From positions 1 through 62,501 of the forward strand of contig JAUIEX010000003.1 of assembly GCA_030429725.1 (NCBI GenBank): a stretch of 62,501 nucleotides of DNA, written 5' to 3'. The DNA is from Alphaproteobacteria bacterium (GTDB lineage: Bacteria > Pseudomonadota > Alphaproteobacteria > Rickettsiales > UBA8987). Positions 9,123 to 18,728 of this stretch are shown one piece after another (position 1 is the stretch's first letter; the number at the start of each line of letters is the position of its first letter). The translations under genes and the position numbers were made by a program. The notes below the pieces were generated by a model that was not told the origin of the DNA, did not search any database, and was given only the letters and a program-made list of their open reading frames with translations.

Positions 9123-10664
9123 ATGGCTAGGCTAAAAACCAATGATGCTGCGGCAAAACAAAGCATGAAAACTGCGTTTGAAAATGCCATTTCTTTGCTT
9201 ACAACTGGTTCTGATTCTAACCTAACAGAGATATGGAACGTCATTGATCGGGCTTATAACCAGCCTACCCGCCATTTTCACCATAAAAAACATCGTGACA
9301 TGATGATGATGCCACTGGAACAGGAATATCAGAAGGCCAAAGCCGACGGTGAGACTTTGGTTGTGGGACAGATTAAACAACTACGCTCACAATCGAAGAT
9401 GAATGAAATAACTATGGATAGCCTGCTGGCCATTAATGGCGCGGTGCATGATGTGGTGTATACCCTGCCGGATAAAGGGCTGGGCGTGGCCAAGAACATG
9501 CTGAAAAACATCGTTCCGGCACCTAATGGCCAGTTCGTGTTGGCAAAAAACTTTAGCCCAACCACCGAACAGCGCATTATTCTGGATATTTTTCAACATG
9601 CCGGGCTGTATAATAAGAGTGAATCACTGAGCAATGAACTTATGAGCGCACTGGCCACCCTGCCAGCACTGGTGCAGGAGGGTGGTTTAAGCCACTCAAC
9701 CCTTGCACAATTAGCCGTGATGGTGGCCGGAACCGTGCCGTTTAAAGATCAAAGTCACATGCCAAATTTAAAGGCAGCGCTGAAAAAAGTAGCTGAAAAA
9801 AATAATCTTAATCTGGATGAAGATGCCATTGCCGACACTGTTCGCCTTGCCACCTATGCCGCCAATCGTGATGTGAGTGCACTGATTGCCACCAGGCCCG
9901 CGCAAAGCATTTATGGCAGCATGGAATTGCTGGCGGAACGTGTGCCGGAAGCAATAGATGGTAATATCAGCCCTGTAAAATTCATGCAGGAAATGCACCG
10001 CTCAGTTAGTGGCTTGCGGGAATATGTTGTACCAAATCTTGCCAATGTTGCACATGTTGATGGTGACGGCTTTCCAGAACCTGCGTTGAAGCAGAAGCTG
10101 GATGAACACGCTGACGCCAACATGAAAGTCAATCTTGGTTTTCATCACCTGCATGTGTTAAGCGACGCATTGGTGGCGGCTATCAGCCTGAAGGCAGACA
10201 TAAACGATTCACGCTACACGCTGATGGCAAACATCGCCGCGCCCGAAAAAACCAATAACGATGATCTACTCTTTGACATCATGCGGGATGTGGCAACCCG
10301 TCCGGAACTTGGCCAGTTGGTTCAAAAAGGCACGGAGCAAAATCCTTATGGCAGCTTTGCTTTTGCCGCTCACATGTTGAACGCGCTGCCGGATCAGCCC
10401 GCTTTAGAAGCACTGGTGGAAAATTCTGCCATCCAGAACTTCCTCAATAATCCTAATCAAACCAATCCCTACGCGGTGCTGAATTTTTTAGCCGAAAAAA
10501 TAGGTGCGGAGAAATTCAACGATCTGGTTGAAACCCTAGACGCTGCCAATGCTAAGCATGCATCCGATATCCGTAAGCAAAAAGAACCCACCGGAACCGG
10601 GCAGAAAGCAGCAGTCACTTCTTCACCTTCCACAAAGCCAAACAAAGGCACGGGAAAAACTTAG
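9123..10664 (+). CDS. Hypothetical protein with HD-phosphohydrolase-like motifs
   Basis: RHFHHKKH and AVHDVVY, then NELMSAL, GTVPFK, ANRDV. Confidence 0.6.
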   Translation: MARLKTNDAAAKQSMKTAFENAISLLTTGSDSNLTEIWNVIDRAYNQPTRHFHHKKHRDMMMMPLEQEYQKAKADGETLVVGQIKQLRSQSKMNEITMDSLLAINGAVHDVVYTLPDKGLGVAKNMLKNIVPAPNGQFVLAKNFSPTTEQRIILDIFQHAGLYNKSESLSNELMSALATLPALVQEGGLSHSTLAQLAVMVAGTVPFKDQSHMPNLKAALKKVAEKNNLNLDEDAIADTVRLATYAANRDVSALIATRPAQSIYGSMELLAERVPEAIDGNISPVKFMQEMHRSVSGLREYVVPNLANVAHVDGDGFPEPALKQKLDEHADANMKVNLGFHHLHVLSDALVAAISLKADINDSRYTLMANIAAPEKTNNDDLLFDIMRDVATRPELGQLVQKGTEQNPYGSFAFAAHMLNALPDQPALEALVENSAIQNFLNNPNQTNPYAVLNFLAEKIGAEKFNDLVETLDAANAKHASDIRKQKEPTGTGQKAAVTSSPSTKPNKGTGKT

Positions 10665-11845
10665 GCCGAGGCCGAAGATAGTGAACTGGGCGGTACGGCG
10701 TTCAGCTGATCCATCAAGGCATCGGCATCCGGATGATCTTCTTTGGCCTTCACGGCATTAATGAAATTCCGTGCCTTTTCCGGCTGATGGTTGGCCAGTG
10801 CCGCATCCGCCTGCACCAGCTGTGTTTCCACATGTACCGGCGCCTGCGCCACCAGCCCCTTAACCAGCTTCTGCTGCTGTTTTTCATCCAGCGCCAGTAA
10901 CGTCACCATCTTTCTATAAAGCGAATATTCCGGCGCCAGCCGCCAGAGATTTTTGAGGGTGGCTTTCGCCGCGTGGCTTTGCCCCATGCCGGCTTGCAAT
11001 GTCATCAACATCACTGCCGCCTCCACATTGCGCGGGGCTTCTTTCTGCGCTTTCTGCGCATGGCTCAACGCAATCTGATTAGGGTTTTTCCCGCCGTTTG
11101 ATGCCTTATCGGCCAGCGCCAGATGCGCCTTCACCCGCCATTTTCGTACCATATCCGCGGAAAGCTGGCGTGCCCCGAAAAAGCGGCCGGCATCATGCTT
11201 CAGCACATCCATCACCGCGTCCCAATCCTGCATTTTTTCATAGCTTTCCAGCAGAGCGATGGTGGCTTCGGCCGTGTTATGGGTGCTGTAACGTTCCTCG
11301 GCATATTCCACCATGGCCTGCGTATCGCCAATCTGGCGGGATTGGTGATAAAGCCCGGTCAAGGCCAGCGGCTTGGTAACCTCATACGCACTTAGTTGCT
11401 GATAATGTGCCAATGCCTCACGCTTATCCCCGGAAAGCTCCGCCGCACGCGCGGACACAATATGTGCCAGCGGCCTTAGTTCCTCCAGCTTCTTTGCGCT
11501 GGCCTGCAAGCGGCTGGAGAGACGGTCTGCGGAAGAAATATCCTTCTCCGCCAATGCACATAAAGATTGCGCCACCAAGGTGATGGATTGTCTGGCGTGT
11601 TTCAGTGCGCGTTTATCCCGCATGCGCGAAGGAATACGCAGCACTCCAAAAACCAGCTCCAGCAGCAGAAACAGCACAATAAACCCAAGTGCCAGCACCA
11701 CCAAGGCCGCCGCCAGCTTCAACTCAATATGCCAGTCGGCAAGGTCAAACCCAACCCAGCCACTTTGATGCGAGAGCCATGATCCCACAAATGCCGCCGC
11801 CACCAGCAGCGCTAAAGTGAATAAAAGTGAGAGAAAACGTTTCAT
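10661..11845 (-). CDS. hemY: HemY-like membrane-anchored TPR protein
   Basis: Two N-terminal TM segments (WLSHQSGWV), helical repeats, adjacent to a COG4223/HemX-like gene as usual in alphaproteobacteria. Confidence 0.65.
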   Translation of the reverse strand: MKRFLSLLFTLALLVAAAFVGSWLSHQSGWVGFDLADWHIELKLAAALVVLALGFIVLFLLLELVFGVLRIPSRMRDKRALKHARQSITLVAQSLCALAEKDISSADRLSSRLQASAKKLEELRPLAHIVSARAAELSGDKREALAHYQQLSAYEVTKPLALTGLYHQSRQIGDTQAMVEYAEERYSTHNTAEATIALLESYEKMQDWDAVMDVLKHDAGRFFGARQLSADMVRKWRVKAHLALADKASNGGKNPNQIALSHAQKAQKEAPRNVEAAVMLMTLQAGMGQSHAAKATLKNLWRLAPEYSLYRKMVTLLALDEKQQQKLVKGLVAQAPVHVETQLVQADAALANHQPEKARNFINAVKAKEDHPDADALMDQLNAVPPSSLSSASA

Positions 11846-12951
11846 TCACCCACCCCCCGTTCCGGCTCAAGTGCATTCAGCGCCTGCGGACTGGCTGGTT
11901 TTTTGATGCTTATTTTTGGTGCGTCCTCACTCAGCGTTTTGAGTAAACGGTCAAATGCTTCCTGCCGTGCCAGCGCACCGCGCAAGCCTTCTTCGATGGA
12001 AGCCGCCAGATTCAGCACCGAAGGCGGCAGCACTTCCAGCACCGTCATCGCCGCCTCAAAATCCTGCTGCATGATAAGTTTTTCCGCATGTATCAGCGCC
12101 GCTTCATAACTATCCGCCGCGGGCGGCTCTTTCACATCCAACGTATACGCCCTCACCATTTCCGGCAGCCATGAAAGCGCCTTTGAAAGCCACGCCGGAA
12201 GCCCGGCCAGCCATTGTTGCACCATCACCGTGCCCCGCAATTTTTTGACCTCCAACGCCAGCGAAGCCGCGCTTTGTGTGCTGGTTTGCAGGCTGACCCA
12301 GGCCATCATTTCCACCTGCAATGCATCATTATCACCTATCAATGCCGGCAGGCGCTGAAGCGCCGCTTCTTTTTCCTCACCTTCGGGAAGATTCATCACT
12401 ATCAGAAGTTCACGCATCAACCGGGATGTATTTTTTTCCGGAGCGAGCTTTGCCTGTGGCGGCGCCGGGCGGCTGGCAAGAGTCTCTTTCAGGGTCTTCT
12501 GCTCCGCCTCCATCTGTTGCTGGCGCGTGACCATTGCCTGCAATTGCTGCTCCAGCTCCTGCACGCGACCATCTTCCGGCGGAGGCGGAGGCGGTGGTGG
12601 TGGTGGTGAAATAAACATGTCAGGCGGTGAAACCAACAACTCCGAAGCCATTTCCGGTGGTGGCGGAGGAGGAGGAGGAGGTGGCACAGGACGCCGCTCT
12701 TCATACATCATCCACGCCATGCCGCCCAGAATCACTACCGTCAATAGCAAGAGAAGGGCGATAGCGGAACCACCGGTGCCGGAACGTGGCGGCGCCCCGG
12801 GCGTGGTCGAAGCATTATTGTTTTCTCCGGCGGAATCACCTTGTTCCTTAGAAGCAACATCAGGCGCAGGCACGCCCGTATCTTTCTCCGCCACATTCAC
12901 TGGCCTGGTAACGTGCTTTTTTGCAGAAGATGTTTTTTTTGCGCCGGACAT
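11842..12951 (-). CDS. COG4223/mitofilin-like (HemX-position) membrane protein with poly-Pro linkers
   Basis: Single TM, two poly-Pro runs, coiled coil, ALIHAEKLIMQQDFEAAM C-terminal motif; overlaps the hemY-like start. Confidence 0.6.
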   Translation of the reverse strand: MSGAKKTSSAKKHVTRPVNVAEKDTGVPAPDVASKEQGDSAGENNNASTTPGAPPRSGTGGSAIALLLLLTVVILGGMAWMMYEERRPVPPPPPPPPPPEMASELLVSPPDMFISPPPPPPPPPPEDGRVQELEQQLQAMVTRQQQMEAEQKTLKETLASRPAPPQAKLAPEKNTSRLMRELLIVMNLPEGEEKEAALQRLPALIGDNDALQVEMMAWVSLQTSTQSAASLALEVKKLRGTVMVQQWLAGLPAWLSKALSWLPEMVRAYTLDVKEPPAADSYEAALIHAEKLIMQQDFEAAMTVLEVLPPSVLNLAASIEEGLRGALARQEAFDRLLKTLSEDAPKISIKKPASPQALNALEPERGVGE

Positions 12952-13013
12952 ACCCTCAACTCTTAGCCGAGCTTATTACCCCACGCAACCATCATTGACC
13001 TTCACCCTGCAGG

Positions 13014-14492
13014 CTATAGCCCCACATTCAGCGTCACTTGCTGATCACCCCGCAGAATAACAACCTGCAACGGCGTTTGGTGAGGCGGGAGAGCGGCGGC
13101 CAGTGTTTCCAGCTCCTCACTCTCTTTCACCGCATGGTTGTTGATGGCCAGAATCACATCCCCTTCTTTAAGAAAGCGCATGGCCAGCCCTTTTTCCAGC
13201 GCCAATACCACCACACCCTGCGTGCGCTCATGCCCCAGCTCTTCGGCCAAAGCGGGGGATAAATTTGCCACCACCGCACCATCCAGCACATGCTGCCCCT
13301 TCAAATGCCGTATGTCACGCGGGGGGTATTCCGCCGCCGGTTCCGTAACCAACGTGACGCTGCGCGGCGTGCCATTGCGAAGAAAATCCATCTTCACCGG
13401 GCGGTTGAGCAGGGTGGTTGCCATGCGGAATTTCAGTGATTGTTCATCCCGCACCGGATGGCCATCCACCGCCACCAGCACATCCCCGCGCTGCAGCCCG
13501 GCTTTCTCGGCGGAGCTTTTCGGGTAAATATCCTGCACCAACACCCCGCTGATGCGTTTCAGGCCCATGGATTCTGCCAGTTCCCGCGTCATATTCTGCG
13601 TGGCCGCGCCAAGCCACGGGCGGATGATCCGCAAAGTGCCATCGGCACGTTTCACCGCATTGCCCTTTTGATAACCCGCCACAATCACCCGCGCCATGAT
13701 GGCCGGCGTGGCAAAGCCAATGCCGTTACTGCCGCCGCCGCGTGTGAAAATGGCCGTGTTAACGCCCACCAGCTCGCCACGCATATTAATCAACGCACCG
13801 CCGGAATTGCCGGGATTGATGGCGGCGTCCGTCTGGATAAAAAATTCATAATCCGCAATACCAACGGAGCTTCGCGCCAGCGCCGAAACAATGCCGCTGG
13901 TGACGGTTTGCCCCACGCCAAACGGATTACCAATCGCCAGCACAATATCCCCCACCTGCAGATCATCCTGCTGCGTCATGGGGATATAGGGCAATTCCCC
14001 GTCATATTCTGCCAGATCCATCTGCAATAAGGCCAGATCCGTCTTTTCATCGGCCAGCACCAATGTGGCCGCCTGCTCCTGATCGTCCGAAAGCACGATG
14101 CGCACCGCGTCACTGCCTTTGACCACATGCAGATTGGTCAGCACTAACCCGTCCGGGCTGATAATCACCCCGCTGCCGAGCGAGTTGACCACGCGCTCCC
14201 GCTGGCGGAGCAAGCCCTGACTTTGCCCGAAAAACCCATCCAGCAGGGATGACCCACCGAAAAAGCGGTTAAAGATGGGGTCGGAAAGAAAAGGCGAGGT
14301 TTTAACCTGCACCTTCTTGCTGGTGTAAATATTGACCACGGCCGGCGCCGTGCGCTGCACCAGCGGCGCGTAGGAAAGCATAACCTGCGGCCGGCTTTCC
14401 GGCACAACACGCTGCTGCGCTGCCGCAGAAAATGCCAGCAATGCCACGGCTACTGTTAATAGATAATTAAGTTTCAACCTATAAAATCTCAT
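13014..14492 (-). CDS. htrA: Do/DegQ-family periplasmic serine protease with two PDZ domains
   Basis: Signal peptide, SLGSGVII, TNLHVV, TDLALL, IQTDAAINPGNSGGAL. Confidence 0.95.
   Translation of the reverse strand: MRFYRLKLNYLLTVAVALLAFSAAAQQRVVPESRPQVMLSYAPLVQRTAPAVVNIYTSKKVQVKTSPFLSDPIFNRFFGGSSLLDGFFGQSQGLLRQRERVVNSLGSGVIISPDGLVLTNLHVVKGSDAVRIVLSDDQEQAATLVLADEKTDLALLQMDLAEYDGELPYIPMTQQDDLQVGDIVLAIGNPFGVGQTVTSGIVSALARSSVGIADYEFFIQTDAAINPGNSGGALINMRGELVGVNTAIFTRGGGSNGIGFATPAIMARVIVAGYQKGNAVKRADGTLRIIRPWLGAATQNMTRELAESMGLKRISGVLVQDIYPKSSAEKAGLQRGDVLVAVDGHPVRDEQSLKFRMATTLLNRPVKMDFLRNGTPRSVTLVTEPAAEYPPRDIRHLKGQHVLDGAVVANLSPALAEELGHERTQGVVVLALEKGLAMRFLKEGDVILAINNHAVKESEELETLAAALPPHQTPLQVVILRGDQQVTLNVGL
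14456..14487 (+). promoter_or_regulatory. CtrA-type box plus -10 element
   Basis: Perfect TTAA-tagataa-TTAA-N11-TAAAAT; GAGGAG RBS before ATG 14511. Confidence 0.75.
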
Positions 14493-14510
14493 AAGAAGAG
14501 GAGTAGCTGA

Positions 14511-15425
14511 ATGTTGCGTGTTGGTAAAGACTCTGGAAAAGAAAACCGATCCTATGGCAGATTTGAAATTATTGTTGATAATAATGCTGTGGAAAAACCA
14601 TTTTCTTTTTTCTACGGTAATGGGAGTAGCTCCGCAATATCACCTTCGGTGGCTGTTGCAAACTTAAGAGATGCCTTAGAAAAATTACCGGAAAGCTATC
14701 AAATTATGCTTAATGAAACGGATCTGAAAAGATTTCGTATAACGGCACCCTCTCGTACTTCGGGTTATTCCAATACTCTGGACAGAGAAATTGGATTTTC
14801 CATTGAAACATTAAAAACGGATAATACGGCCAATCAGCAATTTCTGCAGGCCACTATTCTGGAGGAAGTTCGGCATTATCTGGCGCATCATTTTGATGGC
14901 TTTGATAACTGGAAAGAATGGATGAAAGCGGCAAAGAAGGAGCTTGAAGCCATTACCACGAATATGAATGGTGATGCTTATCGGCTTTTACAGGATTCTA
15001 TTTCATTTCGTACCAATGCCGCAGGCAGTCATAAAATTTCGATTGATCAGCAAAGAGAGGTGCTTAAAGAAGAAATTCAGAATATGTTTTCTCCAGAAGA
15101 TTACTCTACGGGAATTTTTAAACAACTGAATAAGCTTATGGGTGTTCTCACCATTGCTAAATTCAAGTTACAAAATCGATTCAATAAGGTTGAGGCGATG
15201 GAGCTACTTGTCGATATTTTGGCAGTGAGAGATTATCTTGAGGAAAATGGGGCAAACGAGCCTGATCAGGTTATGATGCAAGCATTTCCAAATACATGGC
15301 GGATGGCTAAAATTTTTGAAGGCATGATTGAACTGGAAGCAAGCCAGGTTAAAGAACGTGGTTTAAAACATCACAGCCGAATAAATCACGGCGGAGAACC
15401 CGGGACTTCATTACCGGGTTTTTAA
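14511..15425 (+). CDS. Orphan hypothetical protein with EExxH zincin-like motif
   Basis: 304 aa AT-rich ORF, strong RBS, ILEEVRHYLAH. Confidence 0.7.
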   Translation: MLRVGKDSGKENRSYGRFEIIVDNNAVEKPFSFFYGNGSSSAISPSVAVANLRDALEKLPESYQIMLNETDLKRFRITAPSRTSGYSNTLDREIGFSIETLKTDNTANQQFLQATILEEVRHYLAHHFDGFDNWKEWMKAAKKELEAITTNMNGDAYRLLQDSISFRTNAAGSHKISIDQQREVLKEEIQNMFSPEDYSTGIFKQLNKLMGVLTIAKFKLQNRFNKVEAMELLVDILAVRDYLEENGANEPDQVMMQAFPNTWRMAKIFEGMIELEASQVKERGLKHHSRINHGGEPGTSLPGF

Positions 15426-15429
15426 GAAT

Positions 15430-17607
15430 TCAAGAATCATCACTCAGGAAGTTCAGCTCGTCACCCTGATGATCCAGATAGCTCAGCAGCGCGACGACGG
15501 TTTTACGCTGATAGCGCTTGCCGATCTGCTCCATCAGTAATTTCAGCACATCCTCGCGGTTCATGCCCTGACGATGGGCGCGGTCGCTCGTCATGGCGAT
15601 GTAATCATTGGCCAGTGTGACCACGCGCGCCGTGGGCAGGATGTTATCCCCGGAAATACCCAGCGGGCCGCTGCCGTCCCATGCCTCCCGTGCCTGACGG
15701 ATGGTGTTCACCACCGGCCCGTCAAATTCCAGCTCCTCAATCAGATCCGCCCCGGCGGAAAGCGCTTCCTGAATCTGATCACGTTCCTTCTTGGTGAGCT
15801 TGCCTTTTTTGGTCAAAAGTTCCACCGGCAGCAGCATTTTACCCAGATTCATCAACTTGCCGGCGATGGCGGCGGTTTCCACCAGCGCGCTATCCATATC
15901 CAGCTGCTCGGCAATCTGTTCCGCCAGAAAGGACACCTTCGCCGAATGCTGCGCGGAATAAGGATCACGCTTATCAATCAACGCCACCAGTGACGCCACC
16001 AGATCACGCAGCAGACGCTCCCGCCGCTGGCGTTCATCCATGGCATTGGTAATATCCTGCTCCACAATCAGCATGCCGCGCCCATGCGCACCATCTTCCT
16101 CCGGAAGCTCCGCTAACGGTAGATATTTCACCTGACTCACATGGGCGTGGCCGGCCGCATCAACCCGCTGCTGCAGGCGTGTGAGGCTGCGATTATCATG
16201 AATGAGGTCTTCCAGCGCCTCCAGATAAGGCTGGGCGCGTGCTGCGCCGAAAACATCCCGCAGATGCTTGCCGCGCAGGGTTCCCGGTTTCATATTGGCG
16301 TTAAGTGCGGCGGTTTTATTCGCAAATGTCACCTGCCCTTCGGCGCTCACCATCAACATGGCATCCGGGTCATGCTCCGCCACCAGCTCCAGTAATTTCT
16401 GCTGTGCGCCATAGCGTTTGGCCAGTGCGCGGAAACGCTCCGCCTGCTGTTCCGCACGCACCGATGCGCCATAACGCCACGCCGCCAGCAGCAGCGCCAG
16501 CAGCGCCAGAATCACACTCACCGAAAGCGCCATCCATGTCACGCGGCGCGTCTCGGCAGCGCCCAGCGCCTCCTCATAGCCAATTTTATGCACCAGCACC
16601 CAGTCCGTCCCTTCGATCCTGCGACTGGTCATCAGCACTTTTTGCCCGTCATAGTCAAACCGCACCCCAAAACTTCCCGGGTTGGAAAGTGCGTGCTGCG
16701 CCGTATAAGAGGGGCGATCAATGTTCAGTTTCAGTGAAAATGGCGCAATATCATCCTTCAGCGGGGAGATATATTCCACCACCCCCTGCTTTTCGCGCAG
16801 CAATAATGTTTCCAGCGTGTCGGAAAGCTGCGGCGGCTGGCTGAGTAACGGATAAAGTTCCTGCGCCACACGCTTCACCCCCAGCACCACGCCCATCTGC
16901 TGGCTGGCAATGGCCTCCCCCTGAATGGCAAAAACCGGCACTAAAAACGCCATCACGGGCTTGCCGTCCGCATCCGGGAACACATCCAGCATGGCGGGCT
17001 GCGCCTTTGGGCTTTCTAACAGAAACTGCCGTAAGCGAGCACTGATCAACGGCGCACCTTCCGTGGCCACCACCACGCGATTGGTACGATCCAGCAGGAT
17101 AATTCCCGTATTGCCGCCCTGCGCCACATTGGCACGAATGGCGGGCTGAAGGTCACCACTTTTAAAGCCCGAACGCTCAGCGGCAACGCTGATCAATGTT
17201 TGCAAAAATTGTGTTTCCACCGGCTCATCTTCCAGCCGGTCAGGGTCTAGGCGATTAAAATTAAGTTCCGTTACATAAAGCCGCAAAGACATATTCTCCG
17301 CAATGGCCTCAAGCTCATCCTTTTGTGACTTCACCCAACGGCGCACACTATCCGCTCTGGCATCCGCCAGCAGATTCAACCGCACTTCCCATGCGCCCAT
17401 TTCCCGGTCAAAATTATCATTGGCCAGACGCAGCGCCAGCGCCATGCCGATACAAGCCAGCATCAGCAATGTCAGCGCAAGATAGCTACCTTTACGCAAC
17501 ACTCGCGCCACCTGCACGCGGCTTTCGCGCCCTTTTATCGCCTCATCCATACTGTCATCAGTGCTATCCGTCTGCACATCCTTGGCTTTCATTTGGTTTT
17601 CTGCCAT
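15430..17607 (-). CDS. Membrane sensor: periplasmic Cache-like domain, PAS, degenerate HD-GYP
   Basis: Two TM helices around a long periplasmic region; PAS (DAMLMVSAEGQVTFAN); RDPYSAQHS...LMNLGK...REAWDGSG-PLG...TSDRAHR. Confidence 0.82.
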   Translation of the reverse strand: MAENQMKAKDVQTDSTDDSMDEAIKGRESRVQVARVLRKGSYLALTLLMLACIGMALALRLANDNFDREMGAWEVRLNLLADARADSVRRWVKSQKDELEAIAENMSLRLYVTELNFNRLDPDRLEDEPVETQFLQTLISVAAERSGFKSGDLQPAIRANVAQGGNTGIILLDRTNRVVVATEGAPLISARLRQFLLESPKAQPAMLDVFPDADGKPVMAFLVPVFAIQGEAIASQQMGVVLGVKRVAQELYPLLSQPPQLSDTLETLLLREKQGVVEYISPLKDDIAPFSLKLNIDRPSYTAQHALSNPGSFGVRFDYDGQKVLMTSRRIEGTDWVLVHKIGYEEALGAAETRRVTWMALSVSVILALLALLLAAWRYGASVRAEQQAERFRALAKRYGAQQKLLELVAEHDPDAMLMVSAEGQVTFANKTAALNANMKPGTLRGKHLRDVFGAARAQPYLEALEDLIHDNRSLTRLQQRVDAAGHAHVSQVKYLPLAELPEEDGAHGRGMLIVEQDITNAMDERQRRERLLRDLVASLVALIDKRDPYSAQHSAKVSFLAEQIAEQLDMDSALVETAAIAGKLMNLGKMLLPVELLTKKGKLTKKERDQIQEALSAGADLIEELEFDGPVVNTIRQAREAWDGSGPLGISGDNILPTARVVTLANDYIAMTSDRAHRQGMNREDVLKLLMEQIGKRYQRKTVVALLSYLDHQGDELNFLSDDS

Positions 17608-17616
17608 CTTGGAATC

Positions 17617-18303
17617 ATGCCCCCTGCGTTAAACCATACAAGCAAGCCTTTCCTTGGACAAGCCGCTTCTATCATCTTGCTTTGCACGGCGTGGGCGATG
17701 GTTTATTTCACGCCGCTGCCTGTGCCGTATTCGCCGCAGATGCAGGCGCAGGCCAGCGAGCTTTTCGGCTCGCGTGAGCGGCGCTCCCGTCAGCTGCGCT
17801 CCTTCAACAAATGGACGGAAATGCTGGATCGTTATGAAGGTGAGATTGATGCCTTTCCACAATGTCAGGGCACTAAAAGCTGCGCGTTGCGGCGCTGGAA
17901 TCAAAGCCTGAACGCCATGCGTTCCCTGCCGCGCGCCAGCCAGCTTCAGGAGGTCAACAGCCTGTTCAACCGGGTGCGCTATGTGCAGGACGCGGTCAAT
18001 TGGGGGCTGCCGGATTATTGGTCAACCCCCTATGAATTTCACATTAAAAACGGCGATTGTGAGGATTATGCCATCAGTAAATATAAAGCCCTGAAAGCAC
18101 TGGGCTGGAATCAGAATGAGATGCGGATTGTGGTGCTGATGGATCACAATCTTGGCATCCATCATTCCGTGCTGGCGGTCTATGACGGTGATGAAATTTA
18201 CATTCTGGATAACCAGATTAAGCAGGTGACCTCCCACCGCCGCATCGCGCATTATGAGCCGATTTATTCCATCAATGAAAATTTCTGGTGGCGTCATCGT
18301 TAA
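17617..18303 (+). CDS. lapG: Transglutaminase-like cysteine peptidase (LapG/C93 family)
   Basis: DYWSTPYEF, GDCEDYAISKY, HHSVLAV, ILDNQ give the Cys-His-Asp triad; N-terminal hydrophobic segment. Confidence 0.85.
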   Translation: MPPALNHTSKPFLGQAASIILLCTAWAMVYFTPLPVPYSPQMQAQASELFGSRERRSRQLRSFNKWTEMLDRYEGEIDAFPQCQGTKSCALRRWNQSLNAMRSLPRASQLQEVNSLFNRVRYVQDAVNWGLPDYWSTPYEFHIKNGDCEDYAISKYKALKALGWNQNEMRIVVLMDHNLGIHHSVLAVYDGDEIYILDNQIKQVTSHRRIAHYEPIYSINENFWWRHR

Positions 18304-18326
18304 TATCTCAGGCAAGCTGAGTCAGC

Positions 18327-18728
18327 TTACTCCTGGGTCAAACGCTCGGCCACCACGGTGGCGGTGGCATGATTGGCCGTATCGGCAATGGTGCAGTGAA
18401 AGCGCACATTACCGTACTGAAGTTTGAGCCTTGCCGCCAGCGCGTCCGAACAATGGATCAGCGGCCGGCCGGCTTTATCGTGGGTCACAATGAGATCCTG
18501 AAAACTGCATTCCGCGCCGATGCCCGTGCCGATGGCTTTGGCGAAGGCTTCTTTGACGGCGAAGCGCTTGGCCAGCAGCGCCGCTTGTTTTTCTTCACTG
18601 AAGGGCGGCAGCGGCAATTCCTGCGGATGCAGGATGCGCGCCACAAAACGTGCTTTCTGCTTTTTCAGCAAGGCTGCAATGCGCGGCACCTCAACGATAT
18701 CCGTGCCGATACCGATAATGGCGCTCAT
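18327..18728 (-). CDS. acpS: Holo-[acyl-carrier-protein] synthase
   Basis: IGIGTDIVEVPRI, LAKRFAVKEAFAKAIGTGIG. Confidence 0.95.
   Translation of the reverse strand: MSAIIGIGTDIVEVPRIAALLKKQKARFVARILHPQELPLPPFSEEKQAALLAKRFAVKEAFAKAIGTGIGAECSFQDLIVTHDKAGRPLIHCSDALAARLKLQYGNVRFHCTIADTANHATATVVAERLTQE

Noticed and set aside
12581-12685. GGT/GGA microsatellites
   Set aside because: Explained by two poly-proline linkers in the COG4223-like protein
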